DNA of 64,000 nucleotides from an uncultured virus (IMG/VR IMGVR_UViG_3300016466_000860) (IMGVR_UViG_3300016466_000860); one strand, 5' to 3'. Counted from the stretch's first letter, positions 18,431 to 29,395 are shown. Program-made: numbers and translations. The notes: a model not told the origin generated them from the letters alone.

Positions 18431-18451
18431 TATTTCTTGTGATGCTATACT
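18423..18451 (+). promoter_or_regulatory. Sigma70-like promoter (near-leaderless mRNA)
   Basis: TTGACT-17nt-TATACT, ATG 7 nt downstream. Confidence 0.65.
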
Positions 18452-18457
18452 AGCATC

Positions 18458-19480
18458 ATGTTTACTACTCCCCGCATAGGTTTTGCCTGCAAATGGATCG
18501 ACACTCCTGAAGAGTGTGCTGGCCGTAAACCCACCTCAGAGAGCCGTGATCTCAATGGCCGCAGTACTACCATGCGCTGGCTGCGCGAACACCCCGAAGA
18601 AGCCGAACAGCGACAGTGGGACATCATGAACCACAATGCCGCCGCGGCCCTACGCATGGTTGAGCGTGTGGGCAACCTGCCCGAGCACCTACGCATGGTG
18701 CGCCTGGGATCAGAGATGCTACAAGGATACACCGAACCAGCATGGCAGACCTGGTGGCAACAACAGGACGTACAAGCCCATTTGGCTCGAATTTTCGCTC
18801 CAATTGGAGAATCGGCGCGACGCCTGGGTGTGCGTTTGAGTTTTCACCCTGGACAGTTTTGCGTTCTTGCTTCCGAGAGCGATGATATCGTAAATAGAAG
18901 CATAGAGGAGTTTGAATATCATGCAGATATGGCCCGTTGGATGGGGTACGGTCGACAATTTCAGGACTTTAAGATCAACGTCCACATTTCGGGTCGACGT
19001 GGTCCAGCCGGTATCATCCACACACTTGGGCGTCTCTCACCAGAGGCGAGAAATTGTATCACCATCGAAAACGACGAAATGTCCTGGGGACTCGACGCCA
19101 GCCTCGAACTGGCAGACCATCTCGCTTTGGTGCTAGACATACATCATCATTGGATCAACAGTGGCGGAGAATATATCACCCCTCAAGATGATCGTTTTAA
19201 ACGTATCTGTGATAGCTGGCGCGGCGTTCGTCCTGTGGTCCATTATTCCGTCAGTCGCGAGGATGTTCTCCGTGATCATTGTAGCCGCACTCGTCCGGAT
19301 TTTCAATCTCTCTTAGCCCAAGGCCACAAAAAAGCTCGACTGCGAGCACACAGCGATTTCTATTGGAATCACGCTGTCAACGACTGGGCTGCCACTTTCA
19401 ACGAGTATGCTGACATCATGTGCGAGTCAAAAGGTAAAAACCTCGCCAGCCGCCAGTTTGCAGAATATGTCCACGGGTAG
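18458..19480 (+). CDS. uvsE: UV-damage endonuclease
   Basis: RIGFAC, RLSFHPGQF, TIENDE, VLDIHHHW, RAHSD, DIMCESKGK. Confidence 0.92.
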   Translation: MFTTPRIGFACKWIDTPEECAGRKPTSESRDLNGRSTTMRWLREHPEEAEQRQWDIMNHNAAAALRMVERVGNLPEHLRMVRLGSEMLQGYTEPAWQTWWQQQDVQAHLARIFAPIGESARRLGVRLSFHPGQFCVLASESDDIVNRSIEEFEYHADMARWMGYGRQFQDFKINVHISGRRGPAGIIHTLGRLSPEARNCITIENDEMSWGLDASLELADHLALVLDIHHHWINSGGEYITPQDDRFKRICDSWRGVRPVVHYSVSREDVLRDHCSRTRPDFQSLLAQGHKKARLRAHSDFYWNHAVNDWAATFNEYADIMCESKGKNLASRQFAEYVHG

Positions 19481-20246
19481 TATTCCTTTTCCAGTAGAAA
19501 CACCCTATGCCATGCGCCCACACATGAGGCTTTGGCAACCCGGTGAACCCATACTCACCGCTGATCGAGATTTCCTAAGATATCAAGATGCCAAATTGGA
19601 AAATTACAATCCGGTATATGGTGATTCGGTGTCGGCAGAATTGGTATACTCGGCCGCTGATGCATTGAGATCTTACGACTCCACTGCACCCGCGATCAAA
19701 GGTGATGCACCAGTCTGGCAACTGACTCGTGCCTTACAAGAAGATTTCGTGATATGGGCTCCCAACAAAAGCGGTGAATTATCAGCTCAGGTGTTGTCAG
19801 TGTGTTTGCCGTCGGGCTGGGATCCACTCACCAAAGCCAACAAAACCTTTCTAGAAATACATGAACCTGTACCTGATTTTGAAACGGTCAACAAGGCCGC
19901 TGGCCATATCGCCAAGATGATCACCACCCGCGGGCCGTTTATCAGGCATGTGTGGACTATAGCCAACAGATCGAGATTGGGACGTCATCCCAGTGTGTGC
20001 GAACCCTGGGATAGGGAGACACTGGATGACATGTGGTTCCGCGTGGAGCGGCAAGTGACTATCCCAATAGAAGATCGGGCCGCGCTATTCTTGATCCGTG
20101 TGTACATGGAACCCTTGCGTGATACCTTCCGGGACGAGGACAAAAAACAAAAGGTCATTGACAGCATAATGTCAATGACCCCTGGGGTTTTAGATTACAA
20201 AGGTCTCGGGTATGTGCGAGACTATTTCTTCAATCGGCGTGTCTAG
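19467..20246 (+). CDS. DUF3445 / heme-dependent oxidative N-demethylase alpha-like
   Basis: LQEDFVI, VCLPSGW, EIHEPVP, FRVERQ, LFLIRVY. Confidence 0.75.
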   Translation: MSTGSIPFPVETPYAMRPHMRLWQPGEPILTADRDFLRYQDAKLENYNPVYGDSVSAELVYSAADALRSYDSTAPAIKGDAPVWQLTRALQEDFVIWAPNKSGELSAQVLSVCLPSGWDPLTKANKTFLEIHEPVPDFETVNKAAGHIAKMITTRGPFIRHVWTIANRSRLGRHPSVCEPWDRETLDDMWFRVERQVTIPIEDRAALFLIRVYMEPLRDTFRDEDKKQKVIDSIMSMTPGVLDYKGLGYVRDYFFNRRV

Positions 20247-20586
20247 TCAGGAAATTGACTCGCATCCGGGCAGGTGCGAAGTATTCTGTCACTACCTGTT
20301 TGACTGTATCGATATCAAACTCTTTGCAACTAAAAACATCAAAATAAGCTGTTCCATCTAATTCCATGAAATGACCCGACAGGTTACTGGTAGTGATCAG
20401 CTGTAACATGCTGAACCCTTGTTTGGGATCTCCGGGCAAGAGGTATTCGATGATGGGTTCACCGTGCGCGACCATGTCAATTCTTTTTACGAGATCTTTG
20501 GTGAAACGGTAGATGTTGTCGCGGCTGTCGATCCCGGTACATCCACTGCAATCCAACATCAAGTGATAGCCCCAATAGGCACTCAT
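20230..20586 (-). CDS. speD: S-adenosylmethionine decarboxylase proenzyme family
   Basis: GYHLMLDC, LITTSNLSGHF (pyruvoyl cleavage site), YFDVFSCKEFD. Confidence 0.85.
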   Translation of the reverse strand: MSAYWGYHLMLDCSGCTGIDSRDNIYRFTKDLVKRIDMVAHGEPIIEYLLPGDPKQGFSMLQLITTSNLSGHFMELDGTAYFDVFSCKEFDIDTVKQVVTEYFAPARMRVNFLTRHAD

Positions 20587-20856
20587 TGACTTTTCCTTTC
20601 TATGGGTGTTTAATACAATTGTAATAGAGTTAAGTAAAGATGCTGTCTTACTAATACGAAAGCATTCAATGACTATTTACTCCTCGCGAGTGTTGAAAGA
20701 TTTCGAAATGGGCTTCATGCTTGATGGCTGGGGACCACATCCTGTCCTACACGGTCCATTCCGCGGGCCCGACAATCAAGTCTACTACTACAATCCCTAT
20801 ACCGATCGTTTGGTTGATCCAAAACTGGAATTTTCGTCCAAAATCCCCGAAACCGT

Positions 20857-20885
20857 TTGACCAGAAAATAATACAAGCATATAAT
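20857..20885 (+). promoter_or_regulatory. Early (sigma70-like) promoter
   Basis: TTGACC-17nt-TATAAT. Confidence 0.7.
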
Positions 20886-20891
20886 GGCACT

Positions 20892-21119
20892 ATGAGATAC
20901 TTTTTAGTGCCCGTATTTTTGGTTCTGGCAGGCTGTGCCCAACATCGTCCTCCATCCAGCGGCCTGATGGGGATGGCGCCCGATTGTCGAAACGCAGACA
21001 GCCAGATACGCTATCTCACCCAACTCAAGCAATACCCTGCCCACCCCAGCGAAGACCCTTATCTCGCCGATCGTAAATTGGATTTTTACATTTCTCGACT
21101 AAAAGGATATTGTCAATGA
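20892..21119 (+). CDS. Small lipoprotein
   Basis: Lipobox LAGC; PDC motif shared with next gene. Confidence 0.7.
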   Translation: MRYFLVPVFLVLAGCAQHRPPSSGLMGMAPDCRNADSQIRYLTQLKQYPAHPSEDPYLADRKLDFYISRLKGYCQ

Positions 21120-21565
21120 AAGCTCTTTGGTTGTTGCCCATACTTCTGGTTGTCTCTGGTTGTGCAGCCACTGATACTCGCAGGATGAGCATGACCGATC
21201 TCAATCATTTCGTGCCTGATTGCAGCCGCAAAGAAGAACAATTACAATGGTTGCGATCCCAGATGCCCAGTCAGTGGGAACAGCAACGTGATTCTATGGC
21301 TGTTACCAGTATCGGTGGGACCTTCTGGAGTTTAGCAGATGGCACTTACGATCAACGCAGAGATGTGCATGATCGGCGCACACAGGCAGTGATCCGTAGT
21401 TATATCAGTGAATTGGAGAGATACTGTCCAAACAGGCCGCGGCCCGCGGGATGCGTGACTGTGCGCGATTCCACCCAAAATGGGTCAAGCCAAGGTCAAC
21501 GATGTCATGATGGCCGACGCTCAAAACCCGTCATAGACCGTTGGCAACCCATGGTTGACCAATAA
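21116..21565 (+). CDS. Lipoprotein
   Basis: Lipobox VSGC; PDC...QLQWL. Confidence 0.7.
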   Translation: MKALWLLPILLVVSGCAATDTRRMSMTDLNHFVPDCSRKEEQLQWLRSQMPSQWEQQRDSMAVTSIGGTFWSLADGTYDQRRDVHDRRTQAVIRSYISELERYCPNRPRPAGCVTVRDSTQNGSSQGQRCHDGRRSKPVIDRWQPMVDQ

Positions 21566-21617
21566 ATCATTAACTGTTAATATTATACTATCTTAACCCC
21601 TAAAAGGAAGATTTGAA

Positions 21618-22190
21618 ATGAAACGACTTGTCCTAGTAACTGCTATCGGCGCCATCCTTACTGGTTGTGGCACCACTGATGTCTACGAAAAACGAGCCGA
21701 AGCCGCTCGCGAGCGTCAAGAACGTGCTGTAGATCGTGCTCTTGACCAAGCACCCAAGTGGATGACTGAGTTACCCAAAAGCAAAGATGCTGTGTTTGCC
21801 TCGGGAACAGCATCATCGGGTGATTACAACATGGCCCTGGGCATCGCCCGCACCAATGCGTTTGAAGGTATCTGTATGGCCGCTGGCGGCGAAGTCAAGA
21901 GCCAGACCAAGGTTTTCCGTACTGACACAGAAAAATCCAGTACTGCTCTAAATACCACTGCTATTAAAAGCATGTGCCCGAAAGTGGATATCACTGGTGC
22001 CGAAGTCAAAGATACCAAAATGGTGCGTGACGGAACCCGTTTCCGGGCCTATGTGTTGGTGGCATTGCCCATGGGCGAAGCCAATACTTTGGCCACAACC
22101 AAGGAAGCCAATCGCCAGGCACGGCGTGCTATGAGCCAACGCGACCAGGAATTCCGCGAATTGGACGCACAAAAACCAAAAAGCGAGTAA
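21618..22190 (+). CDS. LPP20-like lipoprotein
   Basis: Lipobox LTGC; APKWM...ASGTASS. Confidence 0.7.
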   Translation: MKRLVLVTAIGAILTGCGTTDVYEKRAEAARERQERAVDRALDQAPKWMTELPKSKDAVFASGTASSGDYNMALGIARTNAFEGICMAAGGEVKSQTKVFRTDTEKSSTALNTTAIKSMCPKVDITGAEVKDTKMVRDGTRFRAYVLVALPMGEANTLATTKEANRQARRAMSQRDQEFRELDAQKPKSE

Positions 22191-22291
22191 ATCACCCAGA
22201 GTACTGGCTCCAAAATATGTTGGTCTGATGCTTGATCTGCTATATAATAGTAAATCATAGCACCAGACCAACTTTCATTTCAACGGATAAA

Positions 22292-22873
22292 ATGCCACAA
22301 GACAACTACAATGACGTACCTGATTTAAGTACGCAAGATGCAGGAATCTATGTGCTCATGGGCGACATCAACGAAGAAAATGTCAAACCCGTGATTGAGT
22401 GGATCCTGATCGAAAATCACGTACAAAAAATTAAGAAAAAAGAGCTGATATTAATGATTTGCTCAGACGGTGGATCGGTGGTAGATGGCTTTGCACTTAT
22501 CGATGTCATGAACGCCAGCAGTATTCCCATCAAGACCGTGGGCCTGGGCTGTATCGCTTCCTGTGGGCTTTTAATCTTTTTGGCTGGGGCACAAGGACGC
22601 AGGGTACTCACGCCTAACACCAGCATACTCAGTCATCAATTCAGCTGGGGGACCACGGGCAAAGAACACGAATTGTTTGCTGTGGTCAAAGAGTATGAAC
22701 TCACGCAAGAGCGCATGCTCAACCACTATCGTGTCTGTACCAACTTGAATGACGAGCAGATTCGCAAACATCTATTACCACCACACGATGTCTATCTCAG
22801 TGCTTCTGAAGCGTTGAAACTGGGTTTGTGCGATCATATCGCAGAAGTCCACAAGCGCCGGACTCGTAAATAA
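22292..22873 (+). CDS. clpP: ClpP-like protease (divergent copy)
   Basis: ICSDGG, GCIASCG (Ser), LSHQF (His), DVYLSASEALKLGLCD. Confidence 0.85.
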   Translation: MPQDNYNDVPDLSTQDAGIYVLMGDINEENVKPVIEWILIENHVQKIKKKELILMICSDGGSVVDGFALIDVMNASSIPIKTVGLGCIASCGLLIFLAGAQGRRVLTPNTSILSHQFSWGTTGKEHELFAVVKEYELTQERMLNHYRVCTNLNDEQIRKHLLPPHDVYLSASEALKLGLCDHIAEVHKRRTRK

Positions 22874-24010
22874 ATGACCTTTTGCCACCACCCCTGGGTG
22901 GGGCTCGATATCAGCCCGCAAGGTGACTTTAAACCTTGTTGCAAGTATAATCGTACCATTGCCCACGATCTCAAAAGTTACTTGGCCAGCGACGAACTGG
23001 CCGAGCTCAAGGCGGCCTTTGAGCGAGGTGAACAACCCGCAGGATGCGAGAGGTGTTGGCGTGACGAAGCGGCTGGATTACCCAGTAAACGAGAACTAGA
23101 CTGGGAATACGTCTTCAATAAAATCGAACCCGATCACGATTACATCGCGGTAATCAGCATGCCATTTGGTAACACCTGCAATCTCGCCTGCAGGATCTGT
23201 GGCAGCCATGCTTCCAGTCGTTGGGGGCAGGAGAGTCGAAAGCTGTCAGTTAACTTTCCCGAAATCAAAATCTACGAGCATCAACGCTACTATCGTGATG
23301 ATGGCTATATGCGGCACATCAAGGCACTACTGCAACGTGTCAAACACATTGAGTTTCCGGGCGGAGAGCCTTTTCTAGCAGGTAAAGAACAACATATCAG
23401 TTTCCTCGATCACATCATTGCCAATGACAGCAAAGATGTCAGCCTACACTACATCACCAATGGTACCCAGATGCCCTGTGCTGAGTTATTGGAACGATGG
23501 AGTCAGTTTAAAAAAGTTGACTTACAAATCAGCATCGACGGCATTTATGGAGTATTTGAATACAATCGATGGCCAGCCAATTGGGAAACGGTCTACATGA
23601 ACGTCAAATACTTCAATGATGGCCTGCGTTCTGTTTTGCCCAACTTGCAGATCAGCATCAGTCATAGTGTCAGTGTGTTTACTGTCTGGCACTTACAAGA
23701 GTTTGTGGAATGGTGCCGACGAGAAGGATTACCCGATCCTTATTTGGGGTTGGTTAGCCGGCCCGAACATTACTCTGTAACGGTATTGCCTTGGGAAGCC
23801 AAACAAGCCATCACTGAAAGATCTTGCGATCCCATATTGAAACCAGTTTTGGATGCCATGTGGGCAGAAGACCATACGGACAGGCTTGACAAAATGATGC
23901 GTTATGTTAAAATATTAGACAAGCACCGGGAGCAGAGTTTTCCCAAGATGTTTCCTGAATTATATCAACTAATGGGTGAAAAATGCCACACTTTGTACCA
24001 ACTGTATTAG
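22874..24010 (+). CDS. Radical SAM protein with twitch/SPASM domain
   Basis: CNLACRIC (CxxxCxxC), GGEPF, TNGT, SIDG; N-terminal C..PW...PCC. Confidence 0.88.
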   Translation: MTFCHHPWVGLDISPQGDFKPCCKYNRTIAHDLKSYLASDELAELKAAFERGEQPAGCERCWRDEAAGLPSKRELDWEYVFNKIEPDHDYIAVISMPFGNTCNLACRICGSHASSRWGQESRKLSVNFPEIKIYEHQRYYRDDGYMRHIKALLQRVKHIEFPGGEPFLAGKEQHISFLDHIIANDSKDVSLHYITNGTQMPCAELLERWSQFKKVDLQISIDGIYGVFEYNRWPANWETVYMNVKYFNDGLRSVLPNLQISISHSVSVFTVWHLQEFVEWCRREGLPDPYLGLVSRPEHYSVTVLPWEAKQAITERSCDPILKPVLDAMWAEDHTDRLDKMMRYVKILDKHREQSFPKMFPELYQLMGEKCHTLYQLY

Positions 24011-24579
24011 AAAAGACCTCGCACGGTGAACGTGCCTATGATATCTACAGCCGCTTGCTCAAAGAGCGCATAGTGATACTTGACACCGATGTCAATGAAC
24101 ATTCGGCTTCGTTGCTGGTGGCACAGATGCTGTTCCTGGAAGCCGAAGACCCCAATGCCGACATACTTTTTTACATCAACAGCCCCGGCGGCAATATCAC
24201 CGACGGCATGGCCATCTATGACACCATGCAGTTCATCAAGCCCGATGTATCAACTATAGTAATGGGACAAGCTTGTTCCATGGGTTCGTTGTTGGCCACT
24301 GCTGGTGCTCCTGGCAAGCGACTCATGCTGCCACATGCCAGACACATGATACACCAGCCCTTGGGTGGTGCTCGCGGCCAGGCCACCGACATGATGATTC
24401 AGGTTGAGGAAATCATGCGCATGAAACGCTTCCTAACTGAGCTTTATGTCAAACACAACAGCATCGGCAAGACCTACGAAGAGTTTGTGCCCGATATGGA
24501 GCGCGACAATTTCATGACCGCTGAACAGAGTCTGGCCTATGGGTTAATCGACCGCATCATTGAGCGCCGAGAATCATGA
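23983..24579 (+). CDS. clpP: ATP-dependent Clp protease proteolytic subunit
   Basis: [40 protein letters not shown]. Confidence 0.95.
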   Translation: MPHFVPTVLEKTSHGERAYDIYSRLLKERIVILDTDVNEHSASLLVAQMLFLEAEDPNADILFYINSPGGNITDGMAIYDTMQFIKPDVSTIVMGQACSMGSLLATAGAPGKRLMLPHARHMIHQPLGGARGQATDMMIQVEEIMRMKRFLTELYVKHNSIGKTYEEFVPDMERDNFMTAEQSLAYGLIDRIIERRES

Positions 24580-24782
24580 TCCAAGAATTGGTAGAACTCT
24601 GGAGTTGGTTTTTTGGAATGGTTGCCGGGTGGGGAGCCACCACCATTGGCATAGTGATCGCTATAGTGATACTTTATATGCGACATGCTCGACTAAACCG
24701 ACGTGTAGAGACGCTTTATAGTCGTTTGGTAGCAACAGAAAGGGACTGGGCCTTGATGCAAAAAGATCGGGACGGAATCTAG
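24576..24782 (+). CDS. Small membrane protein
   Basis: Single TM helix; overlapping start. Confidence 0.6.
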   Translation: MIQELVELWSWFFGMVAGWGATTIGIVIAIVILYMRHARLNRRVETLYSRLVATERDWALMQKDRDGI

Positions 24783-24836
24783 CTACTACCTCTGTTGGGT
24801 CTGCGATAAATACTTGATCTTATCAAAAGGTCAAGT

Positions 24837-25640
24837 ATGCGCAAATTTTTATATCTATTACTCCCGTTATTTCTACTAAACAATGCCTGGGCTTGGCAAA
24901 GACCCCCTTTGCCCGAAGCCGCTTGTGCCATCCACGCACCCTGGGGCACTCCCAATAGCCCAAAACCCAACGTCACACGCGAATGTCGCGAAGGTTATTT
25001 CCTGAGTCACGACAATGATGCCCGCATTCCTGTATGGGGCGCCTGGCAAGTGCGCTACGATCGTGTCAACGGATGCTGGCCCAGAACCAACGCTTTTGCC
25101 CGTAACCAACACATGCCTTACAGCGCACACCCCAACGATTATGCTGGCACCGGCTACGACAAAGGGCATTTAGCCAATGATGCGCATCAAACCTGGGCAG
25201 AGTTGCCCAGTTATGAGAGCTTCCTTATGACCAACATGTATCCGCAATTACCGGGTCTAAATCGTGGCATTTGGAAACTGTTGGAAACAGCCACTGGCGC
25301 CTGGGCGTTTGAGCGCAAAACCTTCCTGATAGTCTATGCCGGAGCCATCTACGACACGGCCTCGAATCCCAAAATAGGATCAGGAGTAGTGATACCTAGT
25401 GGATTCTTCAAAATCATCGTGGATCAGCGCACCAATGAAGCCCTGGCTTTTATATTTCCCCATCGCGAAGATCTCGGTAAAGATCTCGCTACCGTGCAGA
25501 CCACCATCGCGGAAATCGAACGCTACAGCGGCATCAACTTTCCTTTGCATCCATCAGCGAACAAAACAGCCAAAGCCGCTATCTGGAACATCGATTACAA
25601 AACAGTGGCCGATGACAAGAAGAAAACCTGCAAGAGATAA
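24837..25640 (+). CDS. DNA/RNA non-specific endonuclease (NucA/EndA family)
   Basis: GYDKGHL, TNMYPQ...LNRGIW; signal peptide; GATAAATA at 24805. Confidence 0.92.
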   Translation: MRKFLYLLLPLFLLNNAWAWQRPPLPEAACAIHAPWGTPNSPKPNVTRECREGYFLSHDNDARIPVWGAWQVRYDRVNGCWPRTNAFARNQHMPYSAHPNDYAGTGYDKGHLANDAHQTWAELPSYESFLMTNMYPQLPGLNRGIWKLLETATGAWAFERKTFLIVYAGAIYDTASNPKIGSGVVIPSGFFKIIVDQRTNEALAFIFPHREDLGKDLATVQTTIAEIERYSGINFPLHPSANKTAKAAIWNIDYKTVADDKKKTCKR

Positions 25641-26339
25641 ATGAACGCACGAGATTTAGTGGCCCAGACCACACGCTACAATGATACCTTGAATCCCGTG
25701 GCCTGGGAGTACAAATCTCTCCGTCCCGAGATCCGCGCACACTTGCTGAAAGTAGCCCAGCAGTTCGTGGACTATCTCGAAATTCCCGATTTCCAAGTGT
25801 TGGACATCGTGCTGACAGGATCGAACGCCAACTACAACTGGAATCGTTTCAGCGACTTTGACCTACATGTAGTCACTGACTATGATGATCTTCAATGCCC
25901 CGACATCGCAGAGAACTTCTACAATGCCAAGAAAAAAATCTGGAACGATGCTCATGACATCAAAATCGGTGACCATGAAATAGAACTCTACATCGAAGAC
26001 AACGACAACCCACCCAAGAGTGGTGGTATGTATAGTCTACTAGAGGACAAGTGGATCAAGGAGCCCCAACACAATGCTCCTGATATCGACGATCGTGCCA
26101 TACAAGTCAAAGTCAAGCACCTACTAAACATGATGAGTAAAACACTGCAACACGCCACCGAATCCAATGACCTTAAAATGGTTTTGACACGTTTGCGAGA
26201 CCTACGGCGTGCTGGATTGGAATCTGGCGGCGAGTTTGGAGTGGAGAATCTCGCATTTAAAACACTGCGTAACATGAAGGCCATTGATATGATCGCAAAA
26301 GCAGCATTGAAGTTACAAGATCGAGATCTGACATTATGA
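25641..26339 (+). CDS. Pol-beta-fold nucleotidyltransferase
   Basis: LTGSNANYNW...SDFDLH, IELY. Confidence 0.8.
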   Translation: MNARDLVAQTTRYNDTLNPVAWEYKSLRPEIRAHLLKVAQQFVDYLEIPDFQVLDIVLTGSNANYNWNRFSDFDLHVVTDYDDLQCPDIAENFYNAKKKIWNDAHDIKIGDHEIELYIEDNDNPPKSGGMYSLLEDKWIKEPQHNAPDIDDRAIQVKVKHLLNMMSKTLQHATESNDLKMVLTRLRDLRRAGLESGGEFGVENLAFKTLRNMKAIDMIAKAALKLQDRDLTL

Positions 26340-28954
26340 AATTCTGTGAAATAAAAAAACAACTGCGAGAAACACAAAACAAAGCTCGGGTCCAAGAGGA
26401 CGAAGAACTCACTGAAGTCAAGATGAGCCCTGCAGAGTTCCAGAAGTTCCTTAAGAGCCCGGCAGCAGAAGGCATCCGCGCAGGCTTTGAAGCTGAGCTT
26501 ATCTTCCGCGACACACAGAGCGATGCCGAAGGCGGCGAGAGCGAACCTGACTATGATGCGGACGAACGTACCGGCAGCATCAGTGACATCATAGATTTCT
26601 TCACCGGCGGAGACAACGGCATCGGCGGCCGTGCCGCACGACGCTTACAGGACGAACTCACTGAACAGTTCTTTGACTGGGTGCGAGAGAGTTTCCACAA
26701 CGATTATTTTGACCAGGACCGGTTCCGAGAATGGGCCGACGATACGATCTGGCCTGACGTAGACGATGAGTATCGCGAACAGGCCCGTGACAATCTCGGT
26801 GACGAAGCCACCGATGAAGAAGTGGAAGCAGAAGCAGTCACATTATTCCACGATGACGTGGAACGCGACTGGGATCGGTCGGGCGAGTGGTATGAACGAG
26901 CCAGCGAAGAACTCTATGACGAATATGCCGGCGACGCTGACGAGTCAGATTGGCTGGATCAGCAAGGACTGAACTACATGAGCAATGTGGCCAATGAATA
27001 TGACCTGGACTGGCCCTACTGGACCGAAGGTGGTGCGGGAGGTGGCACCCGAGACTGGCAAGAAATCGCCGACAGTCTAGGACGTGTGACCGGCATGCCA
27101 GTTCGTGTCAGCGGTGGCTATCATGGTGCTGCCCGTAGACCCGGACAGTACATCATTGAACCGGACTCCAGCCTGGACGCTGATGGCTCAGACGACTATG
27201 GCCTAGAAGTGGTATCACCACCCTTGCCCTTGCCCGAAGCCGTGGAACAACTGCGTCGTATCATTGATTGGGCCAACGGCCCCGGCGATGCCTACACCAA
27301 CTCAAGCACAGGCCTGCACATGGGCGTGAGCTTGCCCTACCGAGGCGGCGATGTAGATCCTGTGAAACTGATCCTGTTCATGGGAGACAGAAATCTGCTG
27401 GAACTGTTCGGTCGTGAGTCAAACAACTATGCTCGTAGTGCCTATGAGAGACTGGAATCAAAGATACGCAGCATGAAGAACGCTGGTCCCAAGCAAGTGG
27501 CCGGCATCATGGAGCTCATGAAGAACAACCTCATCGAGCTGGCCGATCGCGATCTCCAGCGGGGATTGCTGGGCGACAAGTATGTGAGCGTGCATCCGCA
27601 GGACGGCTACATCGAGTTCCGCGGACCTGGTGGTGACTATCTCTCCAAGGAAGACGAGATCGACGGCGTGCTGGAAAACACCATGCTCCGCTTGGCCTAT
27701 GCCATGAGCATCGCCGGTGATAACTCAGCCTATCGTAATGAGTATGCCAAGAAACTCTACAAGGTGCTGACCACCGGTGACCGAGAAAATCCTTTCATGC
27801 GCTTGTTTGCCGACTACTCCGCGGGCACGCTCACCGGTGAAGAACTCAAGGCCCGTTGGGCCGACACTGTGATGGCGGCCGAACGCCCTGATGTAGAAGA
27901 TGTGCCCATGGGCACAGCACAAGAATACGAAGTGTATGACCGCAACACCGGCGAAATCTATAAAACATTCCAGGCCCGCAACGACGACGAAGCCATGGAT
28001 CAGTTCCGCCAACACCATCGAGCACCCTACGCCCAGACGGGATTCCCTGTGCTGCGTGTGAAAGGGCCGGTCCAGCGTGAATATGAAGTCGTGGATCGCA
28101 GGACAGGAACTCCTGGTGACCAAGACAGTTACAAGGTCATCGACACATTCTCGGCTGCGAACGATACCGAAGCCGCGGAAATGGCCATGAATAAGTGGGC
28201 AGGCCAAGGCATCGACTTTGTTGTGCGTAAGAAGGCCCGGGAAGAACCCCGATCTCAAAAACCCAAGAGCCGCAGAGCCGAACTGGCCAAGCGTGTGACC
28301 CGCAGCACACGGGATGTGGGCGAGCAACTGTGGCGGGTGAACCATCACAGCAGCCAACGGTGGGTGATCGCCCGCAGCCAGGCCGAGGCCGTGGAGAAGG
28401 CCGTGCAGCAGGATCGCATGTTTGACAGTCCGGAAACCCGTGCCCGGATCGCCACCGATTTAGAGAAACAACAATGGCAGCAGGATCAGCAAGCCCGGGC
28501 CCTGAGACAGAGAGACAGCGAGCAAGATGCGGCCCAGATCCGGGCACGGCTGGGTGCTCCGCAACCTGCCGGAGGTGAACCCACCGGTGAGTGGTCCGTG
28601 CGTGACCGTGCAGGTTTTTTAGTGACCACTCTCAGACCTCCAGAAGCCATGCAAAGCCAAGCCGGGGCTGAAAGATATGCCCAGAACTGGATCGCTCGAT
28701 CCAGGCCCGATCTGGATGCATCGGATATCACCGTGACACGATTGACCACGGAACCTGAACCCATACCAGGACAAAGCCAGGGCGAGTTCACTGGCCGTTG
28801 GGAGATCCGCGATAGCCAAGGTCGTGTGCTGCACCATTTTGGCGGTATAGGCAACAACCAAAGCGATGCCAACAGATGGGCTGCCAGATGGTTGGGCCAG
28901 GTCCGACCTGATTTAGTGGGTCAAGAAGTAGATGTAGTACCGGTGATGAGATAA
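26336..28954 (+). CDS. Amidoligase-like protein with C-terminal repeats
   Basis: GFEAE, EPDSSL, LEVVSPP, TGLHM, YIEFR motifs. Confidence 0.75.
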   Translation: MKFCEIKKQLRETQNKARVQEDEELTEVKMSPAEFQKFLKSPAAEGIRAGFEAELIFRDTQSDAEGGESEPDYDADERTGSISDIIDFFTGGDNGIGGRAARRLQDELTEQFFDWVRESFHNDYFDQDRFREWADDTIWPDVDDEYREQARDNLGDEATDEEVEAEAVTLFHDDVERDWDRSGEWYERASEELYDEYAGDADESDWLDQQGLNYMSNVANEYDLDWPYWTEGGAGGGTRDWQEIADSLGRVTGMPVRVSGGYHGAARRPGQYIIEPDSSLDADGSDDYGLEVVSPPLPLPEAVEQLRRIIDWANGPGDAYTNSSTGLHMGVSLPYRGGDVDPVKLILFMGDRNLLELFGRESNNYARSAYERLESKIRSMKNAGPKQVAGIMELMKNNLIELADRDLQRGLLGDKYVSVHPQDGYIEFRGPGGDYLSKEDEIDGVLENTMLRLAYAMSIAGDNSAYRNEYAKKLYKVLTTGDRENPFMRLFADYSAGTLTGEELKARWADTVMAAERPDVEDVPMGTAQEYEVYDRNTGEIYKTFQARNDDEAMDQFRQHHRAPYAQTGFPVLRVKGPVQREYEVVDRRTGTPGDQDSYKVIDTFSAANDTEAAEMAMNKWAGQGIDFVVRKKAREEPRSQKPKSRRAELAKRVTRSTRDVGEQLWRVNHHSSQRWVIARSQAEAVEKAVQQDRMFDSPETRARIATDLEKQQWQQDQQARALRQRDSEQDAAQIRARLGAPQPAGGEPTGEWSVRDRAGFLVTTLRPPEAMQSQAGAERYAQNWIARSRPDLDASDITVTRLTTEPEPIPGQSQGEFTGRWEIRDSQGRVLHHFGGIGNNQSDANRWAARWLGQVRPDLVGQEVDVVPVMR

Positions 28955-29394
28955 TGCGAATCCAAGATATCATAACAGAAAATCGACAAGGTGTGGCGGA
29001 AGACGCTGATCATGACATCGCTATAAGTTTATCTAGGTTAGGTAAATTTCATCATGGCGAAGATCCGCTTGCAGAGTTTGTGCCAGAAAGAGCTACAGCA
29101 CAATATGCCTTGCACCCAGATAAGTGGGAATCAACTTTTTACAGTTTGACCAACAAAGATTCAGACAAGATACGATATTATGGGCCAAAGAAGATTGCCG
29201 TTCCCCCAGGAACTCTGGTAGGCGACATGGCCATCGCCAACAAATTTTATAGAGCAAAAACATCTCAAGAGAAACAACAGTATGCTGATGCATACCGAGC
29301 ATCATTACAACCATATCCAGTGGATGTCAGCCGATATCGCATGCCTGAGTTGTTGATGCCCAAGCCAGGTGTGGCGGAAAGTGGCCGGAGATAA
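28954..29394 (+). CDS. Hypothetical protein flanked by GVAE motifs
   Basis: MRIQDIITE start; GVAE at both ends. Confidence 0.75.
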   Translation: MRIQDIITENRQGVAEDADHDIAISLSRLGKFHHGEDPLAEFVPERATAQYALHPDKWESTFYSLTNKDSDKIRYYGPKKIAVPPGTLVGDMAIANKFYRAKTSQEKQQYADAYRASLQPYPVDVSRYRMPELLMPKPGVAESGRR

Positions 29395-29395
29395 C

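Noticed and set aside
20606..20860. 84-aa + strand ORF between speD and the lipoproteins
   Set aside because: N-half overlaps the speD promoter region; only a shorter version from ~20708 is plausible, and support is insufficient
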